From an uncultured Acidobacteriota bacterium (GTDB lineage: Bacteria; Acidobacteriota; Blastocatellia; RBC074), in assembly GCA_963796275.1 (NCBI GenBank), contig CAWCKY010000003.1, forward strand, positions 384,001 through 448,000: a DNA stretch of 64,000 nucleotides, given 5' to 3'. The notes beneath the pieces were generated by a model, which saw only the letters and a list, made by a program, of their open reading frames with translations, did not search any database and had not been told where the DNA came from. Within the stretch, counting starts at the first letter, position 1. Every line of letters starts with the position of its first letter. The position numbers were made by a program, and so were the translations under genes. Below are positions 1 through 7,497 of the stretch, in pieces.

Positions 1-1119
1 ATCTTTAGTCGAGATGGGATCGAACTTGTGATCGTGGCAGCGCGCGCACGCTACCGTCAGCCCAAGAAAACCCCGGCTGACCGCATCGACGCGCTCATCC
101 CATTCTTCCAGGAGAAGATTGTCGATGAGCTCCTTGCCCAGCATCTTCTCTTTCCACTCCGAAGGCGCCATTCCCAGATAGCCCAGCGCGCGCAGGTCGC
201 TGCGCGAGGAGCCGGGCGCGTGGTCGGCCGCGAGTTGCAGTCTGATAAACCTGTCGTAGGGCAGGTCATTGTTGAAGGATTCGATAACCCAATCGCGATA
301 GCGCCACGCATAAGGGTATGCCTGGCGGTTGCCCCCCGTGTCTCCGTTCTCCGCATAACGCGCGACATCGAGCCAATAACGGCCCCAGCGCTCGCCGTAT
401 CGCGGCGAGGCCAGCAATCGGTCGAGCAGCTTCTCATAGCGTTTGGGGTCGCTGTCATTTGCGAATCGCTCAACCTCTTCGTAGCCCGGCCTCAACCCCA
501 GTAAGTCGAGATAAGCGCGCCGGATCAGCGTTCCCGGGTCTGTCTCCGGCGATGGCTTCAGCCCTTTTTTTTCCAGGCCGGCGAGGATAAAGCTGTCCGT
601 CTTGGTGCGCGGCCATGTGGTCTGTTTAACGGGCGGGGCGGGTTTCTCGTTGACGGGCTGAAATGACCACCACTGGCGGCCGCGATTGAAATCGATGGTT
701 CGGGGTTTGGCGGATGCGACCGCTTCGGGGCTTTCACTGCGGGGATAATGCGCGCCCGCAGCGATCCATCGTTCGAAATCAGCGATCACAGCTTCGGAAA
801 GCTTATCGGTAGGCGGCATCTTCAAGCGCAGGTCGTTGTAACGCATGGCGCGCAATAAGAGGCTCTCCGCCGGCTTCCCGGGCACTATCGCGGGCCCCGA
901 ATCGCCCCCTTTCATCAGTCCCGATTTGGTGTCCAGCACCAATCCGCCCATCGGCGATTTCAATTTTGATGAATGGCAGGCGTAGCAATTATCAGCGAGG
1001 ACGGGGCGAATCTTCTTTTCGAAAAAATCGTCGTCGCTGGATTGAGCGCTCAGTTGACCGGCGATCAGGGTCAACAAAAACAGCCAGATGAGGGCCATTT
1101 TGAATTTTACGCGCGTCAT
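1..1119 (-). CDS. Planctomycete-type cytochrome c (PSCyt1) + DUF1549 (PSD1-family) protein, truncated by the window edge
   Basis: Manual translation from ATG 1119 (SD AGGAGG upstream): signal peptide, FFEKKIRPVLADNCYACH (heme motif), WWSFQPV, and GLTVACARCHDHKFDPISTKD at the edge. Absent from the ORF track because there is no stop in the window. Confidence 0.9.
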   Translation of the reverse strand, partial: MTRVKFKMALIWLFLLTLIAGQLSAQSSDDDFFEKKIRPVLADNCYACHSSKLKSPMGGLVLDTKSGLMKGGDSGPAIVPGKPAESLLLRAMRYNDLRLKMPPTDKLSEAVIADFERWIAAGAHYPRSESPEAVASAKPRTIDFNRGRQWWSFQPVNEKPAPPVKQTTWPRTKTDSFILAGLEKKGLKPSPETDPGTLIRRAYLDLLGLRPGYEEVERFANDSDPKRYEKLLDRLLASPRYGERWGRYWLDVARYAENGDTGGNRQAYPYAWRYRDWVIESFNNDLPYDRFIRLQLAADHAPGSSRSDLRALGYLGMAPSEWKEKMLGKELIDNLLLEEWDERVDAVSRGFLGLTVACARCHDHKFDPISTKD

Positions 1120-1384
1120 CCCAACCTCCTGAGGCACCTGTAAAGCCGGGCCGTTAGATTAATATCAAGTATTCATTGGATTTTCGTGAGTTGCTTATGT
1201 ACCACAAGAGAGAGAAGGACGGCAACTTAAGGTCGTTTGGAGGCAGAGGTGCAATGGTGATTATTTTATCGGATCAGCCTTGGTTTCTCTATGATAATAA
1301 TCAATGACATGTTCGCAATCCGGGCCATAGATCGTGAAGAGTGAAGCCCCGCGGGGTGACCGGTTAGCTTCATGTGTCTGGTAA

Positions 1385-1789
1385 TTAATGTTTCACCAGA
1401 GGCGAGATGTAAAACCGCCCTTGAATGATCTCATATACCGCCGGAACGAGCTCCTGACTGGCCGCCAGCTTCAAAACATATCCCTTTGCGCCAGCCGACA
1501 TCCCTTCCTCTACCATCGTCCGATCGTTATGCATGGTGAGCAATATTATCCTCGCCTCGAGGTCTTCCTCGACAATTTTCCGAGTTGCCTCTATCCCGCT
1601 CATTTCAGGCATGGTGATGTCGGCGATGATTACGTCAGGTTTGAAATTCTTGACCGCATGAAGCAAATCGCGCCCGTCACGCACCGCTGCTACAACCTCG
1701 AACTCCGGCTGCAGCACCTCCTTCACGAGGCTGAGCATCTCCTCGTGGTCATCGGCTACTACTATTCTGATTTTACTCACTGGGACCAT
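1385..1789 (-). CDS. Single-domain response regulator receiver (NarL/FixJ-type REC, no HTH)
   Basis: IRIVVADDH...PDVIIADITMPEMSG...ILLTMH...GYVLK; ends right after the REC domain. Start chosen at internal ATG. Confidence 0.85.
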   Translation of the reverse strand: MVPVSKIRIVVADDHEEMLSLVKEVLQPEFEVVAAVRDGRDLLHAVKNFKPDVIIADITMPEMSGIEATRKIVEEDLEARIILLTMHNDRTMVEEGMSAGAKGYVLKLAASQELVPAVYEIIQGRFYISPLVKH

Positions 1790-1936
1790 CCGAATCAGGG
1801 GGAATCCTCGCATTGGCAGTTGACAGAGCAATGCGCTTTTTTGAGCCTCTTGTTAATTAAATAATCGTGATAATGACGGTAATAAATATATAAAATTATT
1901 ATATGGCTTCAAGAAAGCTCGTTTACCCAACTCCGC

Positions 1937-2395
1937 TCACCCCCCCCCTTGTACACCCAGTATAGAGAGATTGGTCGGTCTCATCATTGTAGACGTTTTA
2001 GATGCGATTAACAATTGCCTTTTGAGAGGCGAGTTTAATCGCCATTCTAAATATTTAATCTTGAAGCTGGGTGCGAGCGGCAAGCAGCTCAAGACGTGAA
2101 GGCGAGCGATGCGAGTACGCGACTGATCGGTGTGCCATATCCTGACCCAGAATAAACGAGTCTCTCCCTCGACCACGAAGAGGGAATCGCTCTGCACGAT
2201 CGGCGCCGGATTTACAGTGCCACCAGCGCGCAAGGCGTCGAATAGTTCCGGTAAATAAGACCGGAATTCATCGCGCTCTACGCTGGCGTTCTGTTCGTCA
2301 AATTCGGCGGGCGGGAGCTCGACTGGTGAGGTTGATTCGAGCAGCAGTCGCGCGGCGGCGACTGAAGCCTGTTCACGTCTCTTGTGGATTCCCAT
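1937..2395 (-). CDS. Hypothetical protein
   Basis: 152-aa ORF with SD-like AGGTGA upstream, co-oriented with neighbours; no recognisable motif. Confidence 0.5.
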   Translation of the reverse strand: MGIHKRREQASVAAARLLLESTSPVELPPAEFDEQNASVERDEFRSYLPELFDALRAGGTVNPAPIVQSDSLFVVEGETRLFWVRIWHTDQSRTRIARLHVLSCLPLAPSFKIKYLEWRLNSPLKRQLLIASKTSTMMRPTNLSILGVQGGG

Positions 2396-2417
2396 GGTTC
2401 ACCTATGCCTGGTATAG

Positions 2418-2460
2418 ACACGACCAGCGCTGTCAGGCTTTCCTACTGCGCTGGTCGTGT
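2418..2460. other. Perfect 13-bp stem hairpin downstream of the beta-barrel gene (stability or attenuation element)
   Basis: ACACGACCAGCGC-N17-GCGCTGGTCGTGT; no U-tract on the minus strand. Confidence 0.5.
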
Positions 2461-2520
2461 TCCCATGGGAAACCGGCAATGGGGGCAACGGGGCAACGGG
2501 GCAACCGGTACCTGGATTAA

Positions 2521-3135
2521 TTAGAACCGGAAGACAAATCCCGCTGATGGTTGCGCCGTGTGTGTGGTCCTTCCGGAATTCAAAGCGGCAATTCCGAAGT
2601 CAGGACGATCATACACCAGACCGCGGTACTCGAGCCTGAAAGCAAAGCGTTCATTGATGTCAAGGTCGGTGCCGGCGCCATAAAGGAAAACTCCCTTGTT
2701 CTGGCCATCAGCCCCAACCACCAATCCGCCGGGGTTGCGGGTGGGATCGAAGTTTAATACTCCTGCCCCAGCTAGGACAAATGGTCTGAGCCGGTAAATT
2801 TTCTGCGGCGCTTTTACAACCAGAGCTCCGGTAATCTGGTGGACATTGGATTGAATGTTGAAGGCGCCCGCCGGTGTGAGGTTCTGCGACGTATTACGAG
2901 TGTAACCGTAGCTTCCATCGGTAGCGAGCCAGTTGTTGATATGGAAACGATAACTGGTGAGCAGGCCGCCCGAATCAGTCGTGTGTTGTCTGATCCCATT
3001 ACCAGTCGTATCGTTGGTGAAGAAGCCTGTACCCTGCACGCTCACCTCGTTTTTTCGCTGTTCCTGCGCCAGTGAGGCTGATGCGAGCACTACTACTGCG
3101 AACATTCCTGCAAAAATGGTCTTGAACTTAATCAT
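2521..3135 (-). CDS. Outer-membrane beta-barrel protein (porin/OmpA-like transmembrane family)
   Basis: Signal peptide, alternating beta-strands (LRPFVLAGAG, FAFRLEYRG), C-terminal BamA motif GFVFRF; SD AGGAG. Confidence 0.85.
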   Translation of the reverse strand: MIKFKTIFAGMFAVVVLASASLAQEQRKNEVSVQGTGFFTNDTTGNGIRQHTTDSGGLLTSYRFHINNWLATDGSYGYTRNTSQNLTPAGAFNIQSNVHQITGALVVKAPQKIYRLRPFVLAGAGVLNFDPTRNPGGLVVGADGQNKGVFLYGAGTDLDINERFAFRLEYRGLVYDRPDFGIAALNSGRTTHTAQPSAGFVFRF

Positions 3136-3275
3136 TAACCTTCTCCTAGTTATTATTTGTTGAGCTAAACTAATTAATCGTTATTCTCTGATTCAACCAA
3201 GGTCCCTTACGATCCCGGACACTCAAGTGTTCCATTGCCTGTTAACCGTCGTTATCAATCGTCGCTATCAATCAT

Positions 3276-3291
3276 TGCAACAGCTTTGCCA
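3276..3291 (-). promoter_or_regulatory. sigma54 (-24/-12) promoter for the beta-barrel gene
   Basis: Minus strand TGGCAAAGCTGTTGCA: GG-N10-GC with conserved TGGCA/TTGC. Confidence 0.75.
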
Positions 3292-3390
3292 GCACGCCTC
3301 GATTCAGGAGGATTCATCTCATGTCTTTAAAAATACTATGGATATTGGCTGAGATCGGATGGCTCTTTCGCCGATGAAAGTAAAAGCGGG

Positions 3391-3424
3391 TGATCGAATG
3401 ACGTCAGGTGACGAATTATAGTCA
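3391..3424. promoter_or_regulatory. Putative tandem enhancer (UAS) for the adjacent sigma54 activator
   Basis: TGAT-N8-GTCA (3391) and TGAC-N8-GTCA (3409), 18 bp apart, ~100-135 bp upstream of the -24 box. Confidence 0.55.
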
Positions 3425-3494
3425 CCGGTATGGAACAGATTCCATACCCAAGATTTTATTTGGGCCTGTGAGGTTTCTCAGTTTCCCGATTTTA

Positions 3495-5591
3495 TTATTT
3501 CAGCAGAGGGCGAGTGATGCCTAGTTTACGCAGCCTGTTATTAAGGGTCGTCCGATTCAATCCGAGCTTGGCCGCTGCCCCGGTGGGCCCGCCGATAACC
3601 CAATTCGATTCCCGCAGCACGTGCAGGATATGACGGCGTTCCACATCTTCCAGGCTCTCGGTCCGATCCAACGATGCTTTCGCCGGCTGTCTCAATTCGG
3701 CCAGCGGAATTTCGAGCACAGGCCCGCGCGTGAGGATAACGGCGCGCTCGATGAGGTTCTGCAGCTCACGGATATTGCCGGGCCAGTGATAACTGCGGAG
3801 CATCGCCATCGACTCGCCCGGAATCTTATCAATTCTTTTTTTCATTTGCTGGGCAAACTTGTGAGCGAAGAAATGGACGAGCGTGGGGATGTCTTCCGGG
3901 CGCTCGCGCAGCGGCGGCAGAGCGATCGGAATAACATTGAGCCGATAATAGAGGTCGTTGCGAAACTTCTTCTCGTCAATCATCCGGACCAGGTCGATGT
4001 TGGTCGCCGCAACTACCCGGACATCGACGCGAATTGTCTTTGAACTGCCCAGTCGTTCGAATTCATGCTCCTGGAGGACGCGCAGAAGTTTCGGCTGAAG
4101 TTCGAGCGGAATGTCCTCGACTTCATCGAGGAAGATCGTCCCCTGGTGGGCGGTTTCAAAACGGCCGATGCGCCGCTCGATCGCACCGGTAAATGCGCCC
4201 TTCTCGTGACCGAACATCTCGCTTTCAAGCAGGCCGGTCGGAATCGCTCCGCAGTTGACTTTCACCAGAGTGAACCCGCGCCGCGGGCTCAGGTTGTGAA
4301 TGGCGCGTGCGATCAGCTCTTTGCCTGTGCCGGTCTCCCCATAAATCAGTACGCTCGAGTCGGTGTTTGCGACCGTCTCCACCTGCTCCAGCACGCGCCG
4401 GAGAGCAGGGCTATTGCCGATGATCTCTTCGAAGTTGTGGCCGGTCCGGATCTCTTCCTCGAGGTAGAGCTTCTCCTCTTCCAGTTTGCGCTTGAGCGCA
4501 TCGATCTTGCGGAACGACAGCGCGTTCTCCACGGCAATTGCGACCTGTTTGGCGATCTGTTCGAGAAGCTCCGCATCGCTCCCGCTGAATGCATTATCGC
4601 GCAAGCTGGCCACGCTCAGGATGCCGAGCGCGCGGTCGTGCCAGATGAGCGGGACGATAATGCACGAATTCACCCCGGCCGCGGCGAAGCGTCTCCCGAC
4701 AGGCGACTGCGCGTCGTTGCTGCCGAGCACGACAGTCTGCCGCGTCATGTAAACCGCGCCCGCCGGGTCGTCTTTGAAGGGTATGATTTCGCCTTCGATA
4801 AAGAGGTCTTCATTCGACGGAAATTCCAACGCTGAGACGCGCAGTTGATCGGTCTGGGAATCATAGAGCGCCAGGCCAGCCACGTCGTGCGGGACCACTT
4901 TGCGCAGACAGACCGAGATCGCCGTCAGGAGTTCGCGCAGATTGAGATTCGAGATCAGCATATTGTTGATCTCCAACAGCAGTTGCGAGCGGTCGCGTTC
5001 GCGCGCCAGCTGTTGCTGATAGCATTGTGCTTCCTGGAAGTTGAATGCGTTGTCCACTGCGATTGCGATCTGAGCCGCCACCAGCCGCGCGAATTCGAGG
5101 TCGAGCCGATCGTATGCGCCCGCCTTGTCGCTCGCTATGTTGAGGACTCCCACTCTCTGATGCGCCGTGGTCAGTGGCATGCTTATGAAAGATTTCACCG
5201 GATATTTGCCGCGCATAGTTTGTGCGATCGGGAAGCGCGTCTCCTGATCCGCGTCGTGGACGACGACGGGCTCCTGATTCTGCCAGACCCAGCCGGTTAT
5301 GGATCCTTCGATGGGGACTTCATCGGGTAATTGCCGGAACGCGGGTTCGCTTGTCTCCAGTATGTGTAATCGCATGACATCCCGTGCGCCATCGTGCAGC
5401 ATGAAACTGATCGATTTGTATTCGAAAAGATGATGCAAACGCGTGGATAGGTCGTGGAATAGGTCGTCGAGGTTCCGGTGCGATGCGATGACTTTCGAGA
5501 GTTCGAGCAGCGTCAGATACTGCTGTTGTTCGACATCAAAGTCTTCAACGGCGCTCATGGGTCGGTTTCTCCCTTCCTTCTCTGCACTCAC
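3495..5591 (-). CDS. sigma54-dependent transcriptional activator, 2xGAF-AAA+-HTH (FhlA-like)
   Basis: Two GAF repeats, Walker A GETGTGKE, GAFTGA loop, FLDEV Walker B, WPGNIREL, Fis-type HTH (AAAKLGLNRTTL). Confidence 0.95.
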   Translation of the reverse strand: MSAEKEGRNRPMSAVEDFDVEQQQYLTLLELSKVIASHRNLDDLFHDLSTRLHHLFEYKSISFMLHDGARDVMRLHILETSEPAFRQLPDEVPIEGSITGWVWQNQEPVVVHDADQETRFPIAQTMRGKYPVKSFISMPLTTAHQRVGVLNIASDKAGAYDRLDLEFARLVAAQIAIAVDNAFNFQEAQCYQQQLARERDRSQLLLEINNMLISNLNLRELLTAISVCLRKVVPHDVAGLALYDSQTDQLRVSALEFPSNEDLFIEGEIIPFKDDPAGAVYMTRQTVVLGSNDAQSPVGRRFAAAGVNSCIIVPLIWHDRALGILSVASLRDNAFSGSDAELLEQIAKQVAIAVENALSFRKIDALKRKLEEEKLYLEEEIRTGHNFEEIIGNSPALRRVLEQVETVANTDSSVLIYGETGTGKELIARAIHNLSPRRGFTLVKVNCGAIPTGLLESEMFGHEKGAFTGAIERRIGRFETAHQGTIFLDEVEDIPLELQPKLLRVLQEHEFERLGSSKTIRVDVRVVAATNIDLVRMIDEKKFRNDLYYRLNVIPIALPPLRERPEDIPTLVHFFAHKFAQQMKKRIDKIPGESMAMLRSYHWPGNIRELQNLIERAVILTRGPVLEIPLAELRQPAKASLDRTESLEDVERRHILHVLRESNWVIGGPTGAAAKLGLNRTTLNNRLRKLGITRPLLK

Positions 5592-5649
5592 TGCACTTAA
5601 TATTATTCGTTTTCGTTATGACTCCCAGCCCAGTTTCCCATTATATCAG

Positions 5650-5683
5650 TGACCATAATTAACCAGATGGCCGTATTCGGTCA
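5650..5683. promoter_or_regulatory. Second putative tandem enhancer (UAS)
   Basis: TGAC-N8-ACCA (5650) and TGGC-N8-GTCA (5668), the same 18-bp period as 3391-3424. Confidence 0.5.
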
Positions 5684-5767
5684 CCGCTCATATCGATCCA
5701 TCCTCCTTCGTAACAGTTATTCCCTGTAAATAGAACGAGTTAGCTGATTCTGGAAATGTTTGATATA

Positions 5768-5783
5768 TGGCAAGGGAGTTGCT
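5768..5783 (+). promoter_or_regulatory. sigma54 (-24/-12) promoter for the STAS-RND operon
   Basis: TGGCAAGGGAGTTGCT: GG-N10-GC. Confidence 0.75.
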
Positions 5784-5827
5784 GCTATTTCTTACTGCTC
5801 TTCCTATTCCCCGAAGGGTGGACTTCG

Positions 5828-6097
5828 ATGCTCAGAATTACAACATTCGATAATGATAAGGAGACGAGATTCATCGTTGAGGGGAAGCTTGCGGGGCCGT
5901 GGGTGGCGGAACTGGAGAGATGCTGGCAAGCGGTTGCCTCAGTCCGGCCTAGTCCCCCTATCCTGGTGGATTTAACAGCCGTGAGTTATGTTGATTTGGA
6001 GGGAAAGGAACTTTTAACGAGGATGCGAGGCAGTGGGACCCAGATATTGGTCGCCAGCCTGATGAACGGTGCTATTTTTGATTCAACCGATAGGTGA
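5828..6097 (+). CDS. Small STAS-like (anti-anti-sigma fold) protein
   Basis: MLRIT...VEGKLAGPWVAELERCW...VDLTAVSYVDLEGKELL; start placed downstream of the sigma54 promoter; GTGA overlap with next gene. Confidence 0.8.
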   Translation: MLRITTFDNDKETRFIVEGKLAGPWVAELERCWQAVASVRPSPPILVDLTAVSYVDLEGKELLTRMRGSGTQILVASLMNGAIFDSTDR

Positions 6098-7383
6098 ACG
6101 TGAAGACTCTCCATAGGCTCAAGCTATTCTTTACTCTGTCTGCGGCGATCGTCCTTGTGCAAACGGGTTGTGCCACAAAAGGGCAGGATCAGGCCGCTCC
6201 AATGCCGCCGAGTGTCGAGGTTGTCCAGGTCGAGCAGCGGGATGTGCCGATATACAGCGAATGGATCGGCACTTTGGATGGTATGGTGAATGCGGAAATC
6301 CGAGCGCAGGTTTCCGGATATCTGCTCAGACAGGTCTACGGTGAAGGCTCATATGTCAGGAAGGGCCAGTTATTGTTCGAGATCGACCCTCGTCCCTTCC
6401 AGGCAGCGGTCGATCAGGCCAAGGGCGACTTAGCGAAAGCGAACGCGCAGCTGGCGCAGGCCGATGGTCAACTGCTGCAGGCGCAGGCGCAACTGGCGCA
6501 GGCCGAGGCGAACCAGGGCAAGACCCAGCTCGATGTCGATCGCTATGCTCCGCTGGCCAAAGAGAAAGCGATCACCGCCCAGGATCTCGATAATGCCGTC
6601 CAGGCGAACCTCGCCGCTAAAGCGCAGGTAAAAGCTTCGGGTGCCGGTGTCGAGACGGCGAAAGCCGCGATCGTAGCAGCCAAGGCGACGATCGCCGCTG
6701 CCGAAGCTACGGTGAAGACCGCCCAGCTCAATCTCGGCTTTACGCTTATCACTTCACCTATTGATGGCATCGCGGGTATCGCTCAGGCGCAGGTGGGAAA
6801 TCTGGTCAATCCCAGCAGCGGAGCTCTCACCACGGTCTCGACGCTTGACCCGATCAAAGTCTATTTCACGCCGACTGAGCAGGAGTATCTCAACTTCACC
6901 AGAACCAATCCGACGCAGAGCCAGCGTGACGCGGCTGGTAGAAGGCTCGAGCTGGAGCTGATCCTGGTGGATGGCACTATTTATCCGCAGAAGGGGCGGT
7001 TCTATGTGGCGGACCGGCAGGTCGATCAGAAGACCGGTGCGATCCGGCTGGCCGGCATTTTCCCGAACAAAGGCAATACTCTCCGTCCCGGCCAATATGG
7101 CAGGGTCCGCGCTGTGACGTCTATGAAACCTGACGCGCTCCTCATTCCGCAACGTGCTGTTTCTGAACTTCAGGGGAGCTACCGGGTAGCAGTGGTCGGC
7201 GGTGACAACAAGGTGAGCATTCGGTCCGTCAAGGTCGGCAATCGGGTCGATTCTATGTGGATCATCGAGGAAGGGCTGCAAGTGGGTGAGCGGGTAGTCG
7301 CTGAGGGCATTCAGAAAGTTAGGCCGGATATGATCGTAAATCCGAAACCGTTTGTCAGCGCATCTCCCATTGCGGAGCGGTAG
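6094..7383 (+). CDS. RND efflux periplasmic adaptor subunit (MFP, lipoprotein)
   Basis: Lipobox-like QTGC, EIRAQVSGYL, lipoyl halves, long alpha hairpin, LRPGQY. Confidence 0.95.
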   Translation: MNVKTLHRLKLFFTLSAAIVLVQTGCATKGQDQAAPMPPSVEVVQVEQRDVPIYSEWIGTLDGMVNAEIRAQVSGYLLRQVYGEGSYVRKGQLLFEIDPRPFQAAVDQAKGDLAKANAQLAQADGQLLQAQAQLAQAEANQGKTQLDVDRYAPLAKEKAITAQDLDNAVQANLAAKAQVKASGAGVETAKAAIVAAKATIAAAEATVKTAQLNLGFTLITSPIDGIAGIAQAQVGNLVNPSSGALTTVSTLDPIKVYFTPTEQEYLNFTRTNPTQSQRDAAGRRLELELILVDGTIYPQKGRFYVADRQVDQKTGAIRLAGIFPNKGNTLRPGQYGRVRAVTSMKPDALLIPQRAVSELQGSYRVAVVGGDNKVSIRSVKVGNRVDSMWIIEEGLQVGERVVAEGIQKVRPDMIVNPKPFVSASPIAER

Positions 7384-7497
7384 GAATTGTAAATGAGGAT
7401 CATTGGCAAAAAACGCGAAAAACAATAAACGCAAGCGACGAACCCGTCATGCATTCGTGTTTTTTTGGGTGAATCAGCCTCTGCCATCGGAAAGCTT

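Noticed and set aside
28-988. Several short ORFs from the track (28-504, 57-473, 318-590, 803-988)
   Set aside because: Shadow or alternate frames of the real minus-strand DUF1549/cytochrome gene
2482-2505. (GGGGCAAC)x3 tandem octamer
   Set aside because: Too short to assign a function; no spacers, so not CRISPR
5756-5827. Longer N-terminus of the STAS ORF given by the track
   Set aside because: Overlaps the sigma54 promoter; the family-like sequence starts at MLRIT (5828)
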